A DNA stretch of 56,043 nt from an uncultured Bacilli bacterium (GTDB lineage: Bacteria > Bacillota_I > Bacilli_A > RF39 > UBA660): the NCBI GenBank assembly GCA_947632545.1, contig CANRPP010000005.1, positions 1 through 56,043 on the forward strand, read 5' to 3'. The notes beneath the pieces are model-generated. The model had not been told where the DNA came from. It worked only from the letters and a program-made list of their open reading frames with translations, and did no database searches. Below are positions 18,434-28,131 of this stretch, piece after piece (the first letter of the stretch is position 1; every line of letters starts with the position of its first letter). The translations under genes and the position numbers were made by a program.

Positions 18434-19258
18434 ATGAAAGAATTTCTTGTAAATGAAAATTCAGAAAATAAAATTAATATAGAATATAAGTTACATGGTA
18501 TAAGAAAGGTTATAGTGCCTTATATATATGATGGATTACGTAAAGAAGGACACTTCAATGATGATATAATTGTAGATAATGTACATTATCCTAATTTTGC
18601 AGAAGCTTTAGTTGCAGTAGATAAAAATAATAATAAGTTTTTCTTTTCACTAGATACTTTATATGGAGAAACAAAGCTTAAAACAGACTTTTATAGTAGT
18701 AAATATAGTTGTATGATAGCAAAAGAAATTGATAAAGGACATTATAAATTATTTAATCCGTTGGACGATATCAATGGTGATCTATATATAAATAATGAAA
18801 ATATACTATGTGTTTATAAAGATTATAGAAAAACAGATTTAGTTTATTGTAATAGAAAAAAATCTAATGTAGAATATAGTTTAACAGTAGAAAATGATGA
18901 ATTATCAGATGAAGAAATAAATGAAATTTTAAATGTAAATAATAAAAATAATCCAACAACATTATTTGATTTTATTACTAATTTAAAATATGTTAAAGAT
19001 TTAGATAGATATACTACTATTTATATAGATGCTAAAAGTTGTAAAGGAACTATTGGAAAAATAAATATAAAACATGGTGTTTTAACAGATTATGATATAA
19101 AAGAACAAGATAAAAATTATAATTTAGATATAACTCAAGATACCGTAGTAGCAACACATAATAATTCAACTATTGAAGTAGATAAATTACCAGATAATTT
19201 ACAATCGATATATAAAAATAGTAAACAATTTTTAAAGAGCATAGAAAAAAAGCGTTAA
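18434..19258 (+). CDS. Hypothetical protein (orphan)
   Basis: 274-aa ORF; RBS AGGTGAGG; TTGTAT-N17-TATAAT promoter 18383-18411; hairpin at the stop. Confidence 0.75.
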   Translation: MKEFLVNENSENKINIEYKLHGIRKVIVPYIYDGLRKEGHFNDDIIVDNVHYPNFAEALVAVDKNNNKFFFSLDTLYGETKLKTDFYSSKYSCMIAKEIDKGHYKLFNPLDDINGDLYINNENILCVYKDYRKTDLVYCNRKKSNVEYSLTVENDELSDEEINEILNVNNKNNPTTLFDFITNLKYVKDLDRYTTIYIDAKSCKGTIGKINIKHGVLTDYDIKEQDKNYNLDITQDTVVATHNNSTIEVDKLPDNLQSIYKNSKQFLKSIEKKR

Positions 19259-19290
19259 ATATAACGTTTTTTTCTATACTAAAAATACTA

Positions 19291-19764
19291 TTAAATAATA
19301 TTTTTTCTATATAAATCTACTATTTCTTCAAATTTCATACTTTGATTAGCAGGTGAACTACTAGGTAAATATATGGCTTTAATTCCAATATCTTTAGATA
19401 GATATTTATTATATAAATCAAAGGCTTTTTTACCAGTTGTACATATTTTAGTAATTTTACTATTTTTAATTAATTTATTTATATCATTGACTATAACATT
19501 TTTGATACTACTATCACTAGATCCAGTTATAGTACAACTTTTAATAACATCCCATAAAGCAATTTTATGTTTAATTAAAAACTTCTTTCTTTGATCTATT
19601 GATATAGGTATTTCTTCATTAAATATTACTGCTAAAATTTTAAAAAATCTATTTTGAGGATTAGCATAGTAAAATCCTATTTCTCTAGATTTAACACTTG
19701 GCATACTACCTAATATAAGTATTTCAGAATCACTATTATAAAATGGAGGTATTGTATGTACTAC
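19291..19764 (-). CDS. DNA-deoxyinosine glycosylase (UDG superfamily); start codon unresolved
   Basis: VVHTIPPFY.....ILILGSMPS..SR...FYYA.PQNRF, IALWDV..SC...GSSDSSI, LPSSSPAN; similarity extends 20 codons upstream of the first ATG (19704). Confidence 0.88.
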   Translation of the reverse strand, partial: VVHTIPPFYNSDSEILILGSMPSVKSREIGFYYANPQNRFFKILAVIFNEEIPISIDQRKKFLIKHKIALWDVIKSCTITGSSDSSIKNVIVNDINKLIKNSKITKICTTGKKAFDLYNKYLSKDIGIKAIYLPSSSPANQSMKFEEIVDLYRKNII

Positions 19765-20699
19765 TCTAGATTCTTTCCTTGATACGTTTCTCGTTTTACC
19801 ATCTCCTTATCAATATCATTTAAAACACAAAACTTTTTTGTTAGCCATCTTGGTTCTATTAGTTGTTCTAATTCTGGATCTCCAGTAATTCTATGAATTA
19901 CTATTTCACTTCTTAAATTTTCTAATTGATTAATAACAATATCTATATATTCATCTTTTGTTAAAACATGAAATTCTTTATTTCTATACATAATTTCTAA
20001 AGGAGTATCTTTTAAAATACTAAGCATATGTATTTTAATTCCTTGAATATCTAGTCTATTTAAATATTTTACAGTTTCAATCATATCTTCTTTGGTTTCA
20101 TAGGGAAGTCCATTTATAATATGAACTACTACATCTATATTTCTTTTTCTTAACTCTAAAACTGTTTTATTAAAACATTCTAGACTGCAGCATCTATTAA
20201 TAAGTTTAGCAGTCCTATCATGAATAGTTTGAAGACCAAGTTCAATAGTTAGATAAGTTCTTTTATTAATTTCTTCTAAATAATTAATACATTCACTACT
20301 AATAGAGTCAGGACGAGTGGCAATATTTAGACCAATAATATCTTCATTAGTTAAAATTGTCTCATAAACTTCTTTTAACTTATCTACAGGTGCATAAGTA
20401 TTTGTTCTAGCTTGGAAATAAGCAATATATTTAGCAGAAGGCCACTTTTTTTTATATATTTTTGTAACTTTTCTAAATTGTTTTAATAAATCATCTTTAG
20501 GATTACCCCCAAATTCTCCACTACCACTTTTAGAGCAATATATACAACCACCATATCCAACAGTACCATCTAAATTAGGACAAGAAAAGCCAGCATTTAA
20601 ACTTATCTTACATACTTTAGAATTAAATTTATGTTTATAAAAATAATCAAGAGTATGATATCTTTTATTATTATCACTATAAATAAATGGATTATCCAT
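19761..20699 (-). CDS. Radical SAM protein, TIGR01212 (YhcC/YtqA) family
   Basis: GFSCPNLDG...GGCIYC, AYFQA.TNTY, ATRPD, ELGLQT, GIKIH. Confidence 0.95.
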   Translation of the reverse strand: MDNPFIYSDNNKRYHTLDYFYKHKFNSKVCKISLNAGFSCPNLDGTVGYGGCIYCSKSGSGEFGGNPKDDLLKQFRKVTKIYKKKWPSAKYIAYFQARTNTYAPVDKLKEVYETILTNEDIIGLNIATRPDSISSECINYLEEINKRTYLTIELGLQTIHDRTAKLINRCCSLECFNKTVLELRKRNIDVVVHIINGLPYETKEDMIETVKYLNRLDIQGIKIHMLSILKDTPLEIMYRNKEFHVLTKDEYIDIVINQLENLRSEIVIHRITGDPELEQLIEPRWLTKKFCVLNDIDKEMVKRETYQGKNLE

Positions 20700-20755
20700 A
20701 TTATCACCTGCTTCATATTATAGCACACCCTAAATATATTATAAAGATAAAATAA

Positions 20756-20784
20756 TTGACGAAATACTATGAATTTAGTAAAAT
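20756..20784 (+). promoter_or_regulatory. sigma-A promoter
   Basis: TTGACG-N17-TAAAAT. Confidence 0.75.
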
Positions 20785-20810
20785 GTAACTAGATAATGGA
20801 GGTTATAAAT

Positions 20811-21938
20811 ATGGCTACTAAAAGAAGATTTAAGTTAAAACCAGAAGCCTTAAATAAATTAAAAATAATAGGTATAGTATTAGGTATTGTTCTAGCGATA
20901 TTTATATTTTATAGATCTAATATAAATGATTTAAAAAGATTAGGTTATAGTGAAAAATCTGCTAATAAAATATTATTAAAATTTAAGAAAAAAGAAGTAA
21001 GTGCGCTTGGTAAAAATAAGACTTTAAATAAAGCTTTTGAAAGTGATGATTATATAGAAAAAAACTTTACAAGCTATTCTAAAATAGAATACCAAAATCA
21101 AAAAAATATAATTAAAAATATAAATAAATTATTAGAAAAAGGCTATAGTAATGAAGAAATATCATTAATTTTATCAAGAGGAGAAGATAAAGATGTATCT
21201 GAATTTGCTAAAAGGGCTAAAATAAGATATATAGAAGAATTTTTTACTGTAAGTTATTCAAAATTAAAAAATTATGATAGATATGTATCATATATGAATA
21301 ATTCTAGAGAAGATGAAGAAACTAGTGTTTTATATGTTAATCTTGACCTAGATAAAGAAGACTATCAAGAACCAAAACCAGTAGATGAATTTAGTTATAC
21401 TATGTTAGTTAATAAACATCATAGATTAGATAGAGAATTTATTCCTAGAGATTTAAAAGTTATTGATAAAGATTATGCTAGTGAAAAAGGTATGAAAGCT
21501 AATGCTACTGCGATAGCGCAAGCTAAAAAAATGATTGATGCTGCTAAAAAAGATGATAAACATCTTATCATTAATTCTGCCTATAGAAGTTTTAAAGACC
21601 AAGAAGAAATAGTTGAAACATATCAAAACTTATATGGAGAAAGCTATGTAGAAAAATATGTTTTAAAACCAGGATATTCTGAACATCAAACAGGATTAGG
21701 AATAGATTTTGGAAGTACTGATACTAATATATTTATTGAAAGTGATGAATATAAATGGATGGAAGATAATTGTTATAAATATGGATTTATTCATAGATTT
21801 AAAACAAAATATGAAGATATTACAGAAATAAAAAATGAAGCATGGCACTATAGGTATGTAGGTAAAAAAATAGCTAAATACATCTATGATAATGATATAA
21901 CCCTTGAAGAATATTATGCTAAATTTATAGAAAAATAG
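20811..21938 (+). CDS. M15B (VanY/LdcB-like) peptidoglycan carboxypeptidase
   Basis: N-terminal TM; LVNK, SAYRS, PGYSEHQTGL.ID, EAWHYRYVG; ATG 20811 after GGAGGT. Confidence 0.93.
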   Translation: MATKRRFKLKPEALNKLKIIGIVLGIVLAIFIFYRSNINDLKRLGYSEKSANKILLKFKKKEVSALGKNKTLNKAFESDDYIEKNFTSYSKIEYQNQKNIIKNINKLLEKGYSNEEISLILSRGEDKDVSEFAKRAKIRYIEEFFTVSYSKLKNYDRYVSYMNNSREDEETSVLYVNLDLDKEDYQEPKPVDEFSYTMLVNKHHRLDREFIPRDLKVIDKDYASEKGMKANATAIAQAKKMIDAAKKDDKHLIINSAYRSFKDQEEIVETYQNLYGESYVEKYVLKPGYSEHQTGLGIDFGSTDTNIFIESDEYKWMEDNCYKYGFIHRFKTKYEDITEIKNEAWHYRYVGKKIAKYIYDNDITLEEYYAKFIEK

Positions 21939-21960
21939 TATCATATGATACTATTTTTTT
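21931..21960. terminator. Bidirectional terminator (perfect palindrome)
   Basis: AAAAATAGTATCATATGATACTATTTTT between convergent stop codons. Confidence 0.75.
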
Positions 21961-22123
21961 AGAAACAATTATTATGATTGTTATTATTACCGTTATTAAA
22001 ACCTGAGAATAAGAAGAATATTATAATAACTACTATTATGATAGCCCAAGCCCAACCAGAACCAAAGTTATCATTATTATTGTTATTTTGGTAATATGGG
22101 TATGGGTATGGATATACGTACAT
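21959..22123 (-). CDS. 54-aa single-TM peptide absent from the ORF track (YjcZ/SscA-like architecture)
   Basis: RBS AGAAAGGAG; MYVYPYPYPYYQNNNNNDNFGSGWAWAIIIVVIIIFFLFSGFNNGNNNNHNNCF. Confidence 0.8.
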   Translation of the reverse strand: MYVYPYPYPYYQNNNNNDNFGSGWAWAIIIVVIIIFFLFSGFNNGNNNNHNNCF

Positions 22124-22285
22124 AAAACACTCTCCTTTCTATGTATTATATTAATAAAAGTATTAATTTAATATAATAATAACCTAACTTATTATAAAAA
22201 TATTATAAATAGTAATTTAATTCACTTGGAAATATAATATTTTTATGGTATTATTATACTAGAATAAAATAGGGAAGGTGTTTAT

Positions 22286-24706
22286 ATGTATCCACTAGGT
22301 AAGCAGTTTGAGATAGACTCAAAAAATGCATTATCAGAGATAAAGACAATTTATAAGGGTACTAATTATAGAATTAGCATTATAACAGAACGTGTTGTAA
22401 GACTAGAATACAGCCCTAATGGTAATTTTGTTGATGCACCTACCCAACTTATAAGAAATAGAAATTTAGGTTTCCCAGAATTTAGAGTTAATCAAGACGC
22501 TAATTATATAGAAATTGTAACAAGATATTTTAAACTTACATATTATAAAAGACAACCTTTTGAGGGTACTAAAATAGATCCAATGAAAAATTTAAAAATA
22601 ACTTTAATGTCTAATGAGAAAGATAGACAAAGAGACTGGTATTATCTTCATCCAGAAGCTAGAAATATGGATGGAAATATGGTTTCTGTAGATGTCCCTG
22701 TAAATAAAATGTTAAATAAAGGATTGTATTCACTAGAAGGATTTGCCAGTATAAATGATACTCCAAACAAAATATTAAATTCAGATGGAACTTTAGTAGA
22801 TAGACCTCTAAATACAATAGATATCTATGTATTTATGTATGATAAAGATTATAGACAAGCTCTACTTGATTATTTTAAAATGACAGGTTTTCCAGAATTA
22901 ATTCCAAGATATGCATTAGGTAACTGGTGGAGTAGAAATACAGATTATGATGATGAAAAGTTAGATGAATTAGTAAAACATTTTGAAAAAAAGAAAATAC
23001 CTTTATCAATACTTTTATTAGATAATGATTGGCATTATAGAAATGTAGGAGTTAATAAAGGTCTAAAAAGTGGATTTACATTTAATAAAAGTTTATTTCC
23101 TGATCCTAAAAAAACATTAGATAAACTTCATTCTAAAAATATTAGAGTTGGTTTAAATATTAATCCTAGTGAAGGTATATTTCCTCATGAAAATACTTAC
23201 AAGCAAGCAGCTAACTATTTAAATATAGAAAATAATAAGATTATTACATTTGACCCCTTAAATCCTAAACTAATGGATGTCTATTTTAAAATATTTCTTC
23301 ATCCATTAGAAAAATTAGGAGTAGATTTCTTCTGGAATGATTATAAAGGAGATGGAAATCTTACAAAATTATGGTTTAATAATCATTACTTATATCTTGA
23401 TTCTTCAAGAACACCAGAAAAAAGAGGTATGTTATTATCTAGAGGTGGAATTTATGCTGCTCATAGATATCCTATTCTTTATGGAGGAAGTAGTGAAATA
23501 AGTTGGGAAGAATTAAAAAAACTTCCAGGCTATTATTTAAATGCTGCTAATATTGGAGTATCATTTTGGTCTCATGATGTAGGTGGAAATCATGGTGGTG
23601 TAGAAGAAAGTGAATTATATATTAGATATTTAGAATTAAGTGTTTTCTCACCAATATTAAGATTTCATTCAGCTAGAGGGCCATATTATAAAAAAGAACC
23701 TTGGTTATGGGATCCAAAAACTCAAAGTATCGCAACAGATTATTTAAGACTTAGACATAGATTAATACCATATATATACACTGAAGCATATAATTATACA
23801 AAATCAGGTATACCTATTATTCAACCATTTTATTATAATTATATGTGGACATATGATGATGATTTATATAAAAATCAATATTACTTTGGTTCACAACTAC
23901 TAGTATGTCCTATTCTTACTAAAAAAGATCCTGTAATGAATAGAACTATACATCGTTTCTTTATACCAGAAGGTACATGGTATGACTTTATAACTGGTAA
24001 TAAATTTCCAGGTAATAAAAAATATGTAGCTTTTTATAAAGAAGAAGACTATCCAGTCTTTGCACATGCAGGTTCTATTATTCCATTATCTAATAGAAGT
24101 GATTATAATAATACTGGAATTCCTACAGATTTAGAAATTCATATATTTCCAGGTGTATCAAATACATATAATTTATATGATGATGATGGTATTACATCAC
24201 TATATAAAAGTGGTTACTTCTTAAAGACATCAATAGACTATAACTATTTAAAAAATAATTATACAGTAATATTTAGATCTATAGAAGGTAAAAGTGGTAT
24301 AGTTCCCCCTAAAAGAAATTATAAAGTTGTTTTTAGAAATACCAAACAAGCTGATAACGTAACTGCCTTTTATAATACAGAAAAATTTGATGTAAAAAGT
24401 TATGTTGATGAAAACGACTTTATTGTAGAAGTAAAAGATGTTCCAACTATTGGTCAATTAACAATAAGTTGTAAAGGTAAAGACATAGAAATAGATGCAG
24501 TAAGAGTTATTAATAATGATATTAAAAGTATTATTCTAGACTTACAAATTAATACTTATTTAAAGGAAGATATTGCAAATATTATGTTTAGTGATTTAAC
24601 TGTTCCTAAAAAGAGAATTGAAATAAGGAAATTAAGAAAAAAAGGTTTATCTAGACAATATATGAATTTATTTTTAAAATTACTTGAATATATTAGTGAA
24701 TTTTAG
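22286..24706 (+). CDS. Glycoside hydrolase family 31 protein with DUF5110-like C-terminal domain
   Basis: PRYALGNWWSR, DNDWH, LFPDP, DFFWND, WSHDVGG, ILRFH, QYYFGSQLLV.P, LYDDDG. Confidence 0.92.
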   Translation: MYPLGKQFEIDSKNALSEIKTIYKGTNYRISIITERVVRLEYSPNGNFVDAPTQLIRNRNLGFPEFRVNQDANYIEIVTRYFKLTYYKRQPFEGTKIDPMKNLKITLMSNEKDRQRDWYYLHPEARNMDGNMVSVDVPVNKMLNKGLYSLEGFASINDTPNKILNSDGTLVDRPLNTIDIYVFMYDKDYRQALLDYFKMTGFPELIPRYALGNWWSRNTDYDDEKLDELVKHFEKKKIPLSILLLDNDWHYRNVGVNKGLKSGFTFNKSLFPDPKKTLDKLHSKNIRVGLNINPSEGIFPHENTYKQAANYLNIENNKIITFDPLNPKLMDVYFKIFLHPLEKLGVDFFWNDYKGDGNLTKLWFNNHYLYLDSSRTPEKRGMLLSRGGIYAAHRYPILYGGSSEISWEELKKLPGYYLNAANIGVSFWSHDVGGNHGGVEESELYIRYLELSVFSPILRFHSARGPYYKKEPWLWDPKTQSIATDYLRLRHRLIPYIYTEAYNYTKSGIPIIQPFYYNYMWTYDDDLYKNQYYFGSQLLVCPILTKKDPVMNRTIHRFFIPEGTWYDFITGNKFPGNKKYVAFYKEEDYPVFAHAGSIIPLSNRSDYNNTGIPTDLEIHIFPGVSNTYNLYDDDGITSLYKSGYFLKTSIDYNYLKNNYTVIFRSIEGKSGIVPPKRNYKVVFRNTKQADNVTAFYNTEKFDVKSYVDENDFIVEVKDVPTIGQLTISCKGKDIEIDAVRVINNDIKSIILDLQINTYLKEDIANIMFSDLTVPKKRIEIRKLRKKGLSRQYMNLFLKLLEYISEF

Positions 24707-24712
24707 TATACT
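24684..24712 (+). promoter_or_regulatory. sigma-A promoter of the leuS leader
   Basis: TTGAAT-N17-TATACT. Confidence 0.7.
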
Positions 24713-24718
24713 AAATAC

Positions 24719-24921
24719 AATGTTTTAAATATTGGTAGTAGTAGTAATATTATTTTCTATTTAAGAGAGTTTACGTATGCTGAAAGTAAATATAGAAAAA
24801 ATATGAACTTGACTATCTTTAAGTATTTTGGGTAAGACCATTATCTCTATTAAGTGCATAGAAATATGAATTAAGGTGGTACCGCGAATTTTCGTCCTTA
24901 TTATAAGGGCGTTTTTTATTT
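24719..24921 (+). promoter_or_regulatory. T-box riboswitch (Leu)
   Basis: AGAGA and GCTGAA stem-I motifs; specifier region GAACTTGA 24805-24812; T-box AAGGTGGTACCGCG; terminator CGTCCTTA/TAAGGGCG plus T run; leuS downstream. Confidence 0.93.
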
Positions 24922-24935
24922 TATAGGAGGATTTC

Positions 24936-25286
24936 ATGAAACATATTATATTATTTATAATGACATATATATTTGTATTTTTAATATATCAAATATTTAT
25001 AGTTAGAAATAAAAGAAGAAATAGTAAAAAAAGACCAATGGAAATAAATTATTTAATCCAAAAATATAATATAGATATAAGTAAAATAAATTATAAAAAA
25101 CTATTAAAGGTAGTTGCCCTGATTAGTTCATTAGATATATCTATAATAGTTACTATTGCGACATTATTTGATAATTATCTAATACAAATAATAATAGTAT
25201 TTGTATTAGTAATACCTACTATTATGATAAGTTATAGTTTTGTAGGAAAGTATTATAAAAAAGGAGGAATTAATAAAGATGAGTAA
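24936..25286 (+). CDS. Small three-TM hypothetical membrane protein
   Basis: RBS AGGAGG; overlaps the leuS start by 8 nt. Confidence 0.8.
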   Translation: MKHIILFIMTYIFVFLIYQIFIVRNKRRNSKKRPMEINYLIQKYNIDISKINYKKLLKVVALISSLDISIIVTIATLFDNYLIQIIIVFVLVIPTIMISYSFVGKYYKKGGINKDE

Positions 25287-27681
25287 TTATAAAGAAATAG
25301 AAAAGAAATGGCAAAAATATTGGGAAGATGAAAAGGTATTTGAAGCAGATAATCATAGTAAAAAGGAAAAATATTATTATTTAGTAGAATTTCCATATCC
25401 GTCAGGAGCAGGACTTCATGTTGGACATTGTAGAAGTTATACTGCCCTAGATGCACTTGCTAGAAAGAAAAGAATGAATGGTTATAATGTTTTATTTCCA
25501 ATGGGATGGGATGCTTTTGGCGCACCTGCTGAACAATACGCTATAAAAAATCATATTCATCCAAGTGTAGCTGTAAAAGAAAATATTAAAACCTTTAAAA
25601 GTCAGGTTAAATCTTTAGGTTTATCAATTGACTGGTCAAGAGAATTTGCAACAACTGATCCAGAATATTATAAATGGACTCAATGGCAATTTTTAAAATT
25701 CTTTGAACATGGTATGGCATATAAAGCCAAGAAAAATATTAATTGGTGTCCTAATTGTAAGACAGGTTTATCTAATGAAGACTCATCAGGTGGAGTCTGT
25801 GAAAGATGTGGACATACTGTAGAGCAAAGAGAAAAAGAACAATGGATGCTTCGAATGAGTGACTACGCTGAAGATCTTATTAAAGGGCTTGATGATACAG
25901 ATTTTATAGAAAGAATTAAAACTGCTCAAATAAATTGGATTGGAAAATCAACTGGAGCAGAAGTAAACTTTAAAGTAAAGGAAACAAAAGAAGATTTAGT
26001 AGTTTATACAACAAGACCTGATACTTTATATGGAGTAACTTTTATGGTAGTTGCCCCAGAACATCCTATAATTGATAAAAATAAAGATATTATTAAGAAT
26101 ATGGATAGTATTAATAAATATAAAGAAGAAGCAAAAAATAAAACTGAATTTGAAAGAACCCAGGTAAATAAAGATAAAACAGGTGTTAAAATTGAAGGAT
26201 TAACAGGAATTAATCCAATTACAAATAAGGAAATACCAATATATATATCAGACTACGTAATGATGAATTATGGTACAGGAGCAATTATGGCAGTACCTGC
26301 ACATGATGAAAGAGATTATGAATTTGCTAAAAAGTTTGGCATAGATATAATCCCAGTAATCAAAGGTGGAGACATAAATAAAAGCGCTTATACCGGTGAT
26401 GGAGAAATGATTAATTCTGGAATCTTAAATGGTTTAACAAATAAAAAAGATTCCATAGAAAAAATGATTAATTATTTAGAAAAAGAAAAAATAGGTAATA
26501 GAAAAACAAATTATAAATTGCAGGATTGGATTTTTTCACGTCAAAGATTTTGGGGAGAACCTATACCTCTAGTATATTGTGATGATTGTGGTTGGACTGC
26601 TGTAAAAGAAGAGGACTTACCAGTTTTGCTTCCAGATGTTGCTAATTATGAACCAACTGATACAGGGGAAAGTCCACTAGCAGCAATAACCCACTGGGTT
26701 AATACAACATGTCCAAAATGTGGAAAGCCTGCTAAAAGAGAAACTGATACAATGCCAAACTGGGCAGGCTCTTCATGGTATTGGTTAAGATATATGGATG
26801 CTCATAATGATAAAGAATTTGCAAGTAAAGAAGCTCTAAATTATTGGGGGAAATTAGATTTTTATAATGGTGGTATGGAGCATGCTACACGTCACTTATT
26901 ATATGCAAGATTTTGGAATCAATTCTTATATAATATCGGATTAGTTCCAAATAAAGAACCATTTAAAACTCGTGTTTCACATGGAATGATTCTAGGCGAA
27001 GGTGGAGTAAAAATGTCTAAATCACTTGGTAATGTAGTTAATCCAAATGACATGATAGAAGAGTATGGAGCAGATGCACTTAGAACTTATGAAATGTTTA
27101 TAGGAGACTATGAAAAAGAAGTAGCTTGGAGTGAACAAGGTTTAAATGGATGTAAAAGATTTATAGATAGAGTTGTAAGAATTGGAGAAAAAGTATCTGA
27201 TAAAAAGGGTTATACTAAAGAGTTAGAAAGTATAATTCATAAAACAATTAAGAAAGTTACAGATGACTTTGACAATATGAAATTTAATACAGCAGTTTCA
27301 AGTTTAATGATACTTTTAAATAAATATGAAGAACAAAATGAAATTACAAAAGATGATTATAGAGTATTCCTAACTTTATTTAATCCTATCGCACCTCATA
27401 TAACAGAAGAGTTAAATGAAAAATATGATTTAGGAGATCCTTTATGTAAAAGTACTTGGCCTAAATATGATGAGGCAAAAACAATCGATGAAGAAAAAGA
27501 AATTGCAGTTCAAGTAAATGGTAAAGTACGTGCTACTATAAAAATAAATGTTAATGATACTGAAGATGTAATAAAAGAAAAAGCCCTACAAGCAGATAAT
27601 GTTATAAATCATACTAAAGATAAAGAAATTATAAAAATAATTGTAATAAAAGGTAAAATTGTAAATATAGTAGTAAAATAA
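25279..27681 (+). CDS. leuS: Leucine-tRNA ligase
   Basis: FPYPSGAGLHVGH, YTTRPDT, GTGAIMAVPAHD, SRQRFWG, KMSKS. Confidence 0.98.
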   Translation: MSNYKEIEKKWQKYWEDEKVFEADNHSKKEKYYYLVEFPYPSGAGLHVGHCRSYTALDALARKKRMNGYNVLFPMGWDAFGAPAEQYAIKNHIHPSVAVKENIKTFKSQVKSLGLSIDWSREFATTDPEYYKWTQWQFLKFFEHGMAYKAKKNINWCPNCKTGLSNEDSSGGVCERCGHTVEQREKEQWMLRMSDYAEDLIKGLDDTDFIERIKTAQINWIGKSTGAEVNFKVKETKEDLVVYTTRPDTLYGVTFMVVAPEHPIIDKNKDIIKNMDSINKYKEEAKNKTEFERTQVNKDKTGVKIEGLTGINPITNKEIPIYISDYVMMNYGTGAIMAVPAHDERDYEFAKKFGIDIIPVIKGGDINKSAYTGDGEMINSGILNGLTNKKDSIEKMINYLEKEKIGNRKTNYKLQDWIFSRQRFWGEPIPLVYCDDCGWTAVKEEDLPVLLPDVANYEPTDTGESPLAAITHWVNTTCPKCGKPAKRETDTMPNWAGSSWYWLRYMDAHNDKEFASKEALNYWGKLDFYNGGMEHATRHLLYARFWNQFLYNIGLVPNKEPFKTRVSHGMILGEGGVKMSKSLGNVVNPNDMIEEYGADALRTYEMFIGDYEKEVAWSEQGLNGCKRFIDRVVRIGEKVSDKKGYTKELESIIHKTIKKVTDDFDNMKFNTAVSSLMILLNKYEEQNEITKDDYRVFLTLFNPIAPHITEELNEKYDLGDPLCKSTWPKYDEAKTIDEEKEIAVQVNGKVRATIKINVNDTEDVIKEKALQADNVINHTKDKEIIKIIVIKGKIVNIVVK

Positions 27682-27757
27682 TTATTAACAGAAAATGCGG
27701 AAAGAAATTTCTACATTTTTTTTAAATAAAATAATCTACTATATAATTGGTGATTAT

Positions 27758-27928
27758 ATGAAAGTAAAAATATTTGATGAAGAGAGTGAAAAAGATTTAG
27801 AGGAAGATATTAATAATTTTTTAGAAGAAACTGAAAAAGAAATAATAGATATAAAGTATCAAGTAAGTTGTTCCATATATAGTGAAGAACAAATATATTG
27901 TTTCTCTGCTATGATAGTTTATCATTAA
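27758..27928 (+). CDS. Cse60/DUF2758-family sporulation protein
   Basis: MKVKIFDEE.EKDLE..IN.FL...IDIKYQV...EQIYCFSAMI; ATG 27758 after GGTGA. Confidence 0.85.
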   Translation: MKVKIFDEESEKDLEEDINNFLEETEKEIIDIKYQVSCSIYSEEQIYCFSAMIVYH

Positions 27929-27996
27929 TAGTTGTATTTGTGTATTTATTGGATAATAAAATAAAAAGAATATATTTGATTAAGAATTTAAATACT

Positions 27997-28038
27997 AAAA
28001 GCATCTGAAATCAACATTATCTATTTCAGATGCTTTTT
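27997..28038. terminator. Long-stem terminator
   Basis: AAAAGCATCTGAAAT-N11-ATTTCAGATGCTTTT. Confidence 0.8.
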
Positions 28039-28084
28039 ATATTATAGGGGTAAATAAAAATTTGATAAAATATTTCTATAAATA

Positions 28085-28113
28085 TTGACACAAGAACAAA
28101 CGTTTGATAATAT
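28085..28113 (+). promoter_or_regulatory. sigma-A promoter with a LexA (SOS/Cheo) box in the spacer
   Basis: TTGACA 28085-28090, GAAC-AAAC-GTTT 28094-28105, TGaTAATAT 28105-28113. Confidence 0.75.
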
Positions 28114-28131
28114 ACAACAAAGGAGGCAATT

